Shown: piece after piece, positions 1 through 6,722 of the stretch
Numbering within the stretch: the stretch's first letter is position 1
Layout of the letters: every line of letters starts with the position of its first letter
Source of the DNA: an uncultured Clostridia bacterium
GTDB lineage: Bacteria > Bacillota > Clostridia > Christensenellales > Borkfalkiaceae
Length of the DNA stretch: 34,467 nucleotides
Reading direction: 5' to 3'
Assembly (NCBI GenBank): GCA_944341195.1
Contig: CALVLX010000018.1
Location: forward strand, 1 to 34,467
Position numbers and translations under genes: made by a program
The notes under the pieces: generated by a model
The model's database searches: none
The model's input: only the letters and a program-made list of their open reading frames with translations
Told to the model about the DNA's origin: nothing

Positions 1-678
1 GTTGTTGAGCAATTTGAGGATGTCTTCAACGGTATCGTCATCGTGGGGATATTCGATGGAAATGGTTATATCCATTATCCTGCGGCCGTCATATCTCATT
101 TTATAAAAATAATCGACTCCGTTGAAATCAACCCTTTCAAATGTTATGGTATTGACAAATATAGAGGGGAAATTGTGTTCGTATTCGTAATCATAACTGC
201 ACTCTATATGGAACGGAACGTTTTCCGCACCGTTGCCCGGGGACTGATGATATGAATAGAAATCATATGACACGCTGAATTCGGAAACCTGGTCATCGTA
301 TATCTGCTCCGTAGCGCCCAACGCCGACGGGTAAATTTGCGCAGCAAACGAATACTCCTTTTCGGAGACAAACGGGGCATCTTTGAAATCGAACGATACA
401 AAAGTTCTGCCGCCCTGCGTGTTGAACCCCCTTACAAATGCGGCGAAATCCGCATTATTATTGAACCGCTTGACAAAATAGAGAGATGAACCGGGGCCCG
501 TTTCGTGATCGACGTTGCCGGGCTGCGTATCTTTATCTGCCTGAACATTGTCATTGCGGTTTAAGGAATGATTTGCCGAATCACCCGATCCGTCGCCGCA
601 CGCGGCAAGACAAAAAGTCAGTACGGATGATATGGTTATACCAAGCGAAACGATCAGTTTTGCAAGTTTGTTACTCAT
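1..678 (-). CDS. Putative secreted lipoprotein, N-terminal 226 codons; the 3' end lies beyond the left window edge
   Basis: Hand translation of the minus strand from ATG (678-676) gives MSNKLAKLIVSLGITISSVLTFCLAACGDGSGDS... and stays open for all 226 codons down to nt 1. There is a hydrophobic signal peptide ending in lipobox L-A-A-C, and an AGGATG Shine-Dalgarno at 685-690. It is absent from the supplied ORF track because no stop codon falls inside the window. No family recognised. Confidence 0.75.
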   Translation of the reverse strand, partial: MSNKLAKLIVSLGITISSVLTFCLAACGDGSGDSANHSLNRNDNVQADKDTQPGNVDHETGPGSSLYFVKRFNNNADFAAFVRGFNTQGGRTFVSFDFKDAPFVSEKEYSFAAQIYPSALGATEQIYDDQVSEFSVSYDFYSYHQSPGNGAENVPFHIECSYDYEYEHNFPSIFVNTITFERVDFNGVDYFYKMRYDGRRIMDITISIEYPHDDDTVEDILKLLNN

Positions 679-777
679 TTTTTACATCCTAATCATAATA
701 AAAAAAGCGCAAAAAAAGCCCTGTTGCTCAATTTGCGCAAAATTTGAATGTACCCATTGGAATTCACCTCCCGTGAA

Positions 778-798
778 TTATACATATTATATGTATAA
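778..798. promoter_or_regulatory. 21-bp perfect AT-rich palindrome TTATACATAT-T-ATATGTATAA upstream of the 1-678 lipoprotein gene
   Basis: Checked base by base: 778-787 pair with 789-798 around centre T788. It carries TATAAT-like hexamers on both strands and lies about 100 nt upstream of the ATG at 678. Confidence 0.35.
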
Positions 799-1002
799 AA
801 TATTCCTTTTTATTAAAAAAGCGATAAAATAGTGCATATTGTTGATTGTACCTTGAATTTATTATAATACAGGAATTTAAATAAGTCAATAGCAGACGCA
901 AAAATTTTTGTTTTTAATTACATCGGACATTGGCGCACGGACGAGATGAATATAGCCGGGAGGGGCGGACGATTTTTGAAGGAGTGCGGTTGACAACTAA
1001 CG

Positions 1003-1128
1003 AACTTTGAGATTTCTCCATGCGCCGCGGCGGCAGAGCCCGCCGCGCCTTAGTCGAAATGACGGAAAAAGAATGATGTTTGGTAAAACCCGTAGTCATC
1101 TTGAGCGCAATCGAAAGATCTCAAAGTT
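1003..1128 (+). repeat. 126-bp MITE-like unit bounded by perfect 11-bp terminal inverted repeats
   Basis: AACTTTGAGAT at 1003-1013 is the exact reverse complement of ATCTCAAAGTT at 1118-1128. The interior holds one type-1 unit and one inverted unit. No coding capacity and no obvious target-site duplication. Confidence 0.7.
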
Positions 1129-1246
1129 TGGGTAATGGCGGTGGCACTATTTAAATAAACCCTTTCGGCTTGCTGCGCAAGCCACTTCCCCTTGGCAGGG
1201 GCAGCTTGATTTGCGGCGGAGTTTTTTATTGCCTTGTCGTAACCGG
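1129..1246 (+). repeat. Conserved central module of the repeat family (paralogous copy at 5306-5425)
   Basis: The core AACCCTTTCGGCTTGC...GCAAGCCACTTCCCCT....AGGGGCAGCTT.ATTTGCGGCGGA is shared with 5338-5399. Two hairpins are present: GGCTTGC-TGC-GCAAGCC (1167-1183) and CCCCT-TGGC-AGGGG (1188-1201). Confidence 0.8.
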
Positions 1247-1338
1247 ACTTTGAGATTTCTCCACTGCGGCGCAATGCGCCTCCGGTCGAAATGACGGGAC
1301 GGGCGGCGATTGAGCGGAATGACAGGAAAGAGGCGTCG

Positions 1339-1515
1339 GGGTTTGAGATTTCTCCATGCGCCGCGGCGGCAGAGCCCGCCGCGGCTTAGTCGAAATGACA
1401 AAAAGAGGCACACGGTCGAAATGACAGGAAAGGGCGGACGGGCGAACAGAAAAGGACGATGTTTGGCAAAGCCATTACAATGTCATCTTGAGCGGAGTCG
1501 AAAGATCTCAAAGTC
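1339..1515 (+). repeat. Second MITE-like unit (~175 bp) with imperfect terminal inverted repeats
   Basis: TTTGAGAT at 1342-1349 pairs with ATCTCAAA at 1505-1512. It has the same module order as 5134-5305. Confidence 0.6.
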
Positions 1516-1560
1516 GGGATAAGTGCGGAAGCGGTACACTCCACTCCCTTTAAATATCAA

Positions 1561-1593
1561 AGAGCCACGGGGCGCGGCGCGCCCCGTGGCTCT
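1561..1593. terminator. Bidirectional rho-independent terminator
   Basis: AGAGCCACGGGGCGC (1561-1575) pairs perfectly with GCGCCCCGTGGCTCT (1579-1593), a 15-bp GC-rich stem. It is followed by TTTATT on the plus strand and TTGATATTTA on the minus strand, 17 nt beyond the stop of the Na/Pi gene. Confidence 0.8.
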
Positions 1594-1609
1594 TTATTGC
1601 ATATAAAAA

Positions 1610-3331
1610 TTACGAATTGGGTTCGACATAGGCCTTTATGGAATTGCCTATGTTGTTCATATGGTCGCCGATGCGTTCGAGATTGACGGCGAGCTGGAGG
1701 TAGACGGAGCCGGCTTCGGGAGAGCATCTGCCCTCGTTGGTGCGGCGGATGTGAGCTTCCTTCATTCTATCGCACATGGCGTCCACGTCGTTTTCGGCGT
1801 TATCGATATTCTGCGAATAGCTGAGATTGTGATTTGCGAAGGCCATTTCGACATTGCGGTAGAGTTCGGAGATATAGCCGTCCATTTCGCGTATTTCGGC
1901 GGTGGCGTGATCGGAAAATTTAGCGCCCGCCTTTATCATCTCTTCGGCGTATTCGACGATATTTTCGGCATAGTCGCCTATACGTTCGATATCGCTGGTG
2001 ACGTGATAGAAGGACGAAACCTTGCTTTCATCCACACCGGAGATATCTTCGGAGGAAAGTTTAACAAGGAACTGTGTTATGTACTTGTTGAGTTCATCTA
2101 TATGCTTTTCGTTTTCGGCGAAGAGAGATTTTTTGGAAGTGTCGTTGCCGAGGAGCATTTCGAGCGCCAGCTTATAGTTTGAGAAGGCGAGCTGCCCCAT
2201 CTTTACTATCTCCTTGCGGGCCTGGCCGACGGCGATGGCGGGCGTCTTTAAGAGGCGGCTATCGAGCATTTCGTCGCTTTCGTGTTCTTCGGTGTTGACG
2301 ACATTATGCTTGTCGCGCACAAGGAATTCGGAAAGTTTGACGAGCTGGGGGATGAACCACATGAGTATGAGCGTGGTGGTGAAATTGAAGAAGAGATGGA
2401 ATATGGCTATCTGCCATGTGACGTTGCCGGGCATCCAGCTTTCGAGAAGGCGGGCAATATCCGAGCCCCAAACTATTGTGGGGATGGCGAAGATGATACA
2501 GCCTATTATGTTGAAACAGAGGTGTATACAAGCCGCACGGCGGGCGTTTACATTGGTTCCTATGGAGGAGATGACGGCCGTGAAGCACGTACCTATGTTG
2601 GTGCCGAGCACGATGAATATTGCCATGTGCAGGCTGATGAGGTTGCCGCTGGCAAGGGTTATAACTATTGCCGTGACGGCCGAAGAGGACTGCATTATAC
2701 CCGTGAGGCCGAGGCCGAGAAGGAATAATACGAGGATTTCCCAGGTGAGAGTCGTCTTGCCGTTGCCTATGGCGGCGAACATGCCGATTATTGCGTCATG
2801 CACCTCGCCCGGCGTCTCCGTGAGGTTGGTTACGGAGAACGACATCGTGTAGAGGCCGACGAATATCATGCCGAGGCCGGCGAGGATGAAGCCTATGCGC
2901 TTTGTCTTTTCCTCCTTGGAAAAGAGCGTCATGAGCAGACCTATAAAGGCGACCAAAGAAAATACGGCGGTTATATCGAGTTCGAAGTTGCCCATAGAGA
3001 GCGCCGAAATGAAGGCCGTTATGGTAGTGCCTATGTTGGCGCCCATTATAATGGACGTGGCCTGAATGAGGTTCATGAGGCCGATGTTGACGAAGCCCAC
3101 CACCATTACTGTTGTTGCCGAAGAGCTTTGGATTATGGCCGTTATCGCCGTACCCGTGGCTATGCCGACATACTTGTTTTTAGTGGCCTTGCCGATGAGG
3201 TGGCGCATTTTGCTGCCTGCGGCCTTTTCGAGATTGGAGCCGAGGATATCCATGCCTATCATGAATACCGTTATGCCGCCGAGCAGGTAAAAGAGCGCGT
3301 ATACTATCTGAAGTACGCCATCAATACTCAT
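1610..3331 (-). CDS. Na+/phosphate cotransporter family protein with C-terminal PhoU-like domain
   Basis: Polytopic N-terminal half with duplicated QSSSATT and QSSSAVT motifs. The C-terminal half has two PhoU-type repeats (DIERIGDYAENI, NLERIGDHMNNI). The ORF track starts at a TTG (3349). I prefer ATG 3331 (MSIDGVLQ...) because GGAGAG sits 8 nt upstream. Confidence 0.85.
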   Translation of the reverse strand: MSIDGVLQIVYALFYLLGGITVFMIGMDILGSNLEKAAGSKMRHLIGKATKNKYVGIATGTAITAIIQSSSATTVMVVGFVNIGLMNLIQATSIIMGANIGTTITAFISALSMGNFELDITAVFSLVAFIGLLMTLFSKEEKTKRIGFILAGLGMIFVGLYTMSFSVTNLTETPGEVHDAIIGMFAAIGNGKTTLTWEILVLFLLGLGLTGIMQSSSAVTAIVITLASGNLISLHMAIFIVLGTNIGTCFTAVISSIGTNVNARRAACIHLCFNIIGCIIFAIPTIVWGSDIARLLESWMPGNVTWQIAIFHLFFNFTTTLILMWFIPQLVKLSEFLVRDKHNVVNTEEHESDEMLDSRLLKTPAIAVGQARKEIVKMGQLAFSNYKLALEMLLGNDTSKKSLFAENEKHIDELNKYITQFLVKLSSEDISGVDESKVSSFYHVTSDIERIGDYAENIVEYAEEMIKAGAKFSDHATAEIREMDGYISELYRNVEMAFANHNLSYSQNIDNAENDVDAMCDRMKEAHIRRTNEGRCSPEAGSVYLQLAVNLERIGDHMNNIGNSIKAYVEPNS

Positions 3332-3367
3332 TTGAACTTCTCTCCACAATGTTATTTACCATATACA

Positions 3368-3397
3368 ATTGTATCAGTTTTGTAATAACTTTGTCAA
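3368..3397 (-). promoter_or_regulatory. Sigma-A-type promoter for the Na/Pi transporter gene
   Basis: On the minus strand: TTGACA (3397-3392), 18-nt spacer, TACAAT (3373-3368) preceded by TGA (extended -10). Confidence 0.6.
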
Positions 3398-3504
3398 TTG
3401 TTTGTAAAATAATTTTGCAAACCCGCCCTTTTGACTTGATAAAACGCGCGAAAAAAAATATAATTGGTATATATTATATATAATGTGGTATACGGAGACA
3501 GGAG

Positions 3505-4002
3505 ATGTTCAACATTGTACTCGTAGAGCCCGAAATACCCCAGAATACGGGCAACATTGCGCGCACATGCGCGGCGACGGGGTGCAGACTGCACCTTGTT
3601 AAGCCGCTGGGCTTTGAAGTGAGCGACAGATACCTCAAGCGCGCGGGGCTGGATTACTGGCAGTATGTGGACATAACGTACTGGGAGAGCCTTGATGAGC
3701 TGAAGAACGCATATTCGGACGGCAGATTTTTTTACTTTACCACCAAGGCCAGAAAGTGCTACACGGACGAGAGTTACCGCGACGGCGACTTTTTTGTGTT
3801 CGGCAAGGAGACAAAGGGGCTGCCCGAGGAACTTTTGAAGGCTCACCCCGACGACTGCGTGAGGATTCCCATGATGGGGCAGCTGCGCTCCCTCAACCTT
3901 TCAAATTCGGTGGCAATAGCCGTATACGAGGGACTGAGGCAATCGGACTTTGAGAGCATGAACAAAAAAGGCGAACTGCACGACTTGAAGTGGGACGAAT
4001 AA
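3505..4002 (+). CDS. trmL: tRNA (cytidine/uridine-34 2'-O)-methyltransferase, SpoU/TrmL family
   Basis: 165 aa. N-terminus is NIVLVEPEIPQNTGNIARTC, and the C-terminal knot motif is SLNLSNSVAIAVYE. GGAGA Shine-Dalgarno lies 6 nt upstream of the ATG. Confidence 0.85.
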   Translation: MFNIVLVEPEIPQNTGNIARTCAATGCRLHLVKPLGFEVSDRYLKRAGLDYWQYVDITYWESLDELKNAYSDGRFFYFTTKARKCYTDESYRDGDFFVFGKETKGLPEELLKAHPDDCVRIPMMGQLRSLNLSNSVAIAVYEGLRQSDFESMNKKGELHDLKWDE

Positions 4003-4151
4003 GATGCTTTTTTGGCGAGGGGCGGAACGGGCAGTTCGCCCCTCTCTTCACTGCGAATTTACGCATTCATAATATTATTTATACATTTAAATACTCTGAA
4101 ACCGCCGAATAAATCAAAAAAATTGAAGTGAAAATTTTTATATCATTTTAG

Positions 4152-4180
4152 TTGCCGTAATACTGAAAGTATGTTACAAT
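4152..4180 (+). promoter_or_regulatory. Sigma-A-type promoter for the 4227 lipoprotein gene
   Basis: TTGCCG (4152-4157), 17-nt spacer, TACAAT (4175-4180) with upstream TGT (extended -10). Confidence 0.55.
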
Positions 4181-4226
4181 AAAAACGCAAAAAAAGAAAT
4201 TTATTTACATTTTTGGCGAGGTAAAA

Positions 4227-4886
4227 ATGAATAAATTTATACATGGGATTTTATCCGCCGCGGCCGTGGCGGTTTTTTGTTTTATAACCGTGTTTACGGG
4301 CTGTGTACCTCCACCGGACGGCCCAGATTCCGCAGATGTTGTGGCGTACTGCGTTGCCGGCAGAATCCGGGAGGTTGACGGAGGAAAGGTGAGTTACGAC
4401 AAAATAACAGTTGCCCGCTATATATATTGCGGACAACCGCAATATACGGCCGAATATACGGCCGGCGACGGGTATGGATTTTTGATATTGGAAATGACGC
4501 TTGAAATGGAAAATTATTGCTTTGATTCCGACTCGCGTCTTAACATCGATGATTTTCACGACGACGGAAACCAGGTAACATTTAATAAAAAAATGACCGC
4601 AGCATTGAGCACGGAACTTGGCGAAGGCGAAGCAAAGCGCGTTGAAGGCAAGGTGTACTTTTGCTTTGTAATAGGCAATGAATGTATAAATATACTGTAC
4701 GAATATGCAAACGACATGTTTGAACAATACGGGGAAGTGACGGAAGACAATTTTTGCGAGAACGTTACTTTTTATGACCGCGACATCACCGATACGTGTG
4801 ACGTCAACGGAAACGAGAGATCGACTGAAATAGAATTTTGGGCCGATTACAGGCAGATAAATTTTTGCGATGAGTACAGAATATAA
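4227..4886 (+). CDS. Hypothetical Cys-rich secreted protein or lipoprotein
   Basis: 219 aa. GAGG Shine-Dalgarno lies 5 nt upstream. The N-terminal hydrophobic segment ends in V-F-T-G-C, a lipobox-like sequence with an atypical Phe at -3. About nine further Cys residues. The gene is visibly more AT-rich than its neighbours. No family recognised. Confidence 0.7.
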   Translation: MNKFIHGILSAAAVAVFCFITVFTGCVPPPDGPDSADVVAYCVAGRIREVDGGKVSYDKITVARYIYCGQPQYTAEYTAGDGYGFLILEMTLEMENYCFDSDSRLNIDDFHDDGNQVTFNKKMTAALSTELGEGEAKRVEGKVYFCFVIGNECINILYEYANDMFEQYGEVTEDNFCENVTFYDRDITDTCDVNGNERSTEIEFWADYRQINFCDEYRI

Positions 4887-5133
4887 TTTTTAGCGGTTAA
4901 TTTACGTTTAACAGCACGTTTTAAGCGACGGGCAGCTACGCGCCTGCCGCTTATATTATTGAACGCCGTTCAGACTTTATGCCACGGGGTTGACGAAAAG
5001 GGTGTTTACCTGTTGTCTGCCGTTGCTTTGAGATTTCTCCACTCGCTGCGCTCGGTCGAAATGACAAGAAAAAAGCACTCCAGTCGAAATGACAAGTAAA
5101 GGGATAGCGCTGAAATGACATGGAAGGCATCAG

Positions 5134-5305
5134 ACTTTGAGATTTCTCCGTTTCGCGCGCAATATGCGCGTTTCAATCGAAATGACAGGAAATGGGCAAA
5201 GTTAAAATGAAAAGAGGCGCATATTCAACTGAAAAGACAATGAAAGAATGGTGTTTAGCGATGTCTGTATGTGTCATCTTGAGCGCAGTCGAAAGATCTC
5301 AATGT
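5134..5305 (+). repeat. MITE-like unit (~172 bp) with near-perfect terminal inverted repeats
   Basis: ACTTTGAGAT (5134-5143) pairs with ATCTCAATGT (5296-5305), one mismatch in 10. Module order is the same as 1339-1515. Confidence 0.6.
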
Positions 5306-5425
5306 TTGGGTATGTGAAGGAAAATTATTTTTAATAGAACCCTTTCGGCTTGCCTTGCAAGCCACTTCCCCTTTACAGGGGCAGCTTTATTGCGGCGGAA
5401 ATTATTGACGCCTTGTTGCAAACGA
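5306..5425 (+). repeat. Central module, paralog of 1129-1246
   Basis: Hairpins GGCTTGC-CTT-GCAAGCC (5347-5363) and CCCCT-TTAC-AGGGG (5368-5381). The stems are identical to those in cluster A and only the loops differ. Confidence 0.8.
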
Positions 5426-5644
5426 ACTTTGAGATTTCTCCACTCGCTTCGCTCGGTCGAAATGACAAGAAAAAAGCACTCCGGTCGAAATGACAGGAAA
5501 GGGATATAGTCGAAATGATATGACATGGAAGTCGAAATGACAGGAGGTGCGATTGAAGTGACGGAGAGGGCGGACTTATTCAGTCAAAATGACTATGTAT
5601 TTAAATAAAAGGCCTTTAGGAAACTCTTTTTTGCCCCTCTCCCC

Positions 5645-5673
5645 TTTACTTTTGATTTTTTTTATTGTATAAT
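5645..5673 (+). promoter_or_regulatory. Candidate promoter placing the transcription start at or next to the rdgB ATG
   Basis: TTTACT (5645-5650), 17-nt spacer, TATAAT (5668-5673) with TG at 5666-5667. The ATG at 5680 lies 6 nt after the -10 hexamer, and no Shine-Dalgarno is present. Confidence 0.4.
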
Positions 5674-5679
5674 AAACAT

Positions 5680-6252
5680 ATGGAAAGACAGAAGATACTG
5701 GTGGTCGCCAGCGGCAACCGCCATAAAATTGAAGAAATAGCCGATATTCTTAAGGAATATAAAGTGATTTCCATGAAGGACGCGGGCTTTGACGGCGAAA
5801 TATGCGAGGACGGAAAGACATTCCGCGAAAACGCGCTGATCAAGGCCAGAACGGTTGCCGAAGCACTGCACACAACCGCGCTTGCGGACGATTCGGGGCT
5901 GTGCGTGGACGCTCTAGGCGGCGCGCCGGGGATATATTCGGCGAGGTTTTCGGGCGAGGGCGACGCGGGCAACCGCGCGCTGCTTTTGAAGCAGCTTGAG
6001 GACATCGACGACAGGCGCGCGCACTTTGAATGCGCCGTGTGCCTGTATGAGCCGGGCGGAAAAATGCTGTTCGGCGTGGGCAAGACTTACGGCAGCATAC
6101 TGCGCGAAGAGCGCGGCGAACGCGGGTTCGGCTATGACAGTCTGTTCTTTTCCGACGACCTGAAGATGAGCTTCGGCGAGGCGACGGAGGAGCAAAAAAA
6201 CGGCGTATCCCACCGCTTCCGCGCGCTGGAAGACCTGAGGAGCAGACTTTGA
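5680..6252 (+). CDS. rdgB: Non-canonical purine NTP (dITP/XTP) pyrophosphatase, RdgB/Ham1 family
   Basis: KILVVASGNRHKIEEI, DDSGLCVDALGGAPGIYSARF and FGYDSLF motifs. The ORF-track start 5665 is a TTG lying inside the -10 element. ATG 5680 gives the family-typical N-terminus. Confidence 0.85.
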   Translation: MERQKILVVASGNRHKIEEIADILKEYKVISMKDAGFDGEICEDGKTFRENALIKARTVAEALHTTALADDSGLCVDALGGAPGIYSARFSGEGDAGNRALLLKQLEDIDDRRAHFECAVCLYEPGGKMLFGVGKTYGSILREERGERGFGYDSLFFSDDLKMSFGEATEEQKNGVSHRFRALEDLRSRL

Positions 6253-6722
6253 AGAGCATAATAGTAATTTCGGATACGCACGGCAACAGGGCGGCGGTTG
6301 AAAAACTTTACCCACTGTTTGCCGAGTGCGACATGATAATTCACCTGGGCGACACCTCGTCGGACGGGGCGAAGATACGCGCGGACTTTCCCGGCAAGAC
6401 ATACCTTGTGAACGGCAACTGCGACATACCGAGGCTGGGCGAAGACGAGATCACGCTGGAAGTTGAAGGCGTTAAGATATTCGCCTGCCACGGCGACGGA
6501 TACGGCGTAAAGCGCGGGCGCGCCCGCCTTGCCGAAAAGGCCGCATCCGCAGGCGCGGCAATAGCGCTGTACGGGCACACGCACGAGGCCGTTGAGGACA
6601 ACATTGACGGCGTGACGCTGTTCAATCCGGGAACGCTGATAAGATACTCCCCCTTTAAAAGCTATTTATACCTTGCCGTATACGACGGAAAATTTACGGG
6701 CAAAATAGTTGAACTGCAATGA
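6249..6722 (+). CDS. YfcE/MJ0936-family metallophosphoesterase
   Basis: ISDTHGN, HLGD, GNCD and GHTH metal-ligand motifs. TTG start has GAGGAG 5 nt upstream and overlaps the rdgB stop by 4 nt (TTGA). The rdgB-phosphoesterase pairing matches the ysnA-ysnB arrangement known in Bacillus. Confidence 0.8.
   Translation: MKSIIVISDTHGNRAAVEKLYPLFAECDMIIHLGDTSSDGAKIRADFPGKTYLVNGNCDIPRLGEDEITLEVEGVKIFACHGDGYGVKRGRARLAEKAASAGAAIALYGHTHEAVEDNIDGVTLFNPGTLIRYSPFKSYLYLAVYDGKFTGKIVELQ

Larger units (their letters stand above)
1003..1515 (+). repeat. Repeat cluster A: mosaic of nested palindromic extragenic repeats
   Basis: Type-1 units (TTTGAGATTTCTCC, a variable GC hairpin, then GTCGAAATGAC) lie at 1006-1063, 1249-1295 and 1342-1399. 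Units 1006-1063 and 1342-1399 differ at 1 of 58 nt. Inverted-orientation relatives (GTCATCTTGAGCG.A.TCGAAAGATCTCAAAG) lie at 1096-1126 and 1482-1513. Extra GTCGAAATGAC-type half-units lie at about 1314-1323 and 1415-1425. A possible degenerate unit with AGGGGCGGAC lies at about 941-970. Confidence 0.9.
5027..5593 (+). repeat. Repeat cluster B: same mosaic family as 1003-1515, same orientation
   Basis: Type-1 units start at 5027, 5136 and 5428. An inverted unit lies at 5272-5303 and the central module at 5306-5425. GTCGAAATGAC-type half-units start at 5055, 5083, 5109, 5176, 5201 (degenerate), 5456, 5484, 5509, 5531, 5552 (degenerate) and 5583 (degenerate). 5027-5127 and 5428-5530 are ~100-bp direct repeats with few mismatches. 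Confidence 0.9.

Noticed and set aside
632-832. 66-aa plus-strand ORF spanning the lipoprotein start region, together with 43-255, 204-401 and 486-692.
   Set aside because: All overlap the continuous 226-codon minus-strand lipoprotein frame or its AT-rich promoter region. They have no ribosome-binding site and the composition of non-coding frames.
1003-1515. Possible CRISPR array, because short repeated motifs occur with variable intervening sequence here and at 5027-5593.
   Set aside because: Repeat spacing is irregular (21-31 nt between 11-nt cores, far too short for spacers). Units occur in both orientations, the variable parts are themselves hairpin stems, and no cas genes or leader are present.
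1310-1522. Small ORFs inside the repeat clusters: 914-1099, 1050-1274, 1147-1413, 1226-1411, 1310-1522 and 5299-5526.
   Set aside because: They simply read through the palindromic repeats, giving peptides such as VEMTGKGG and VISTERSEWRNLK. They exist in several frames on both strands simultaneously, lack ribosome-binding sites, and have boundaries that follow repeat boundaries. They are classic repeat-derived false gene calls.
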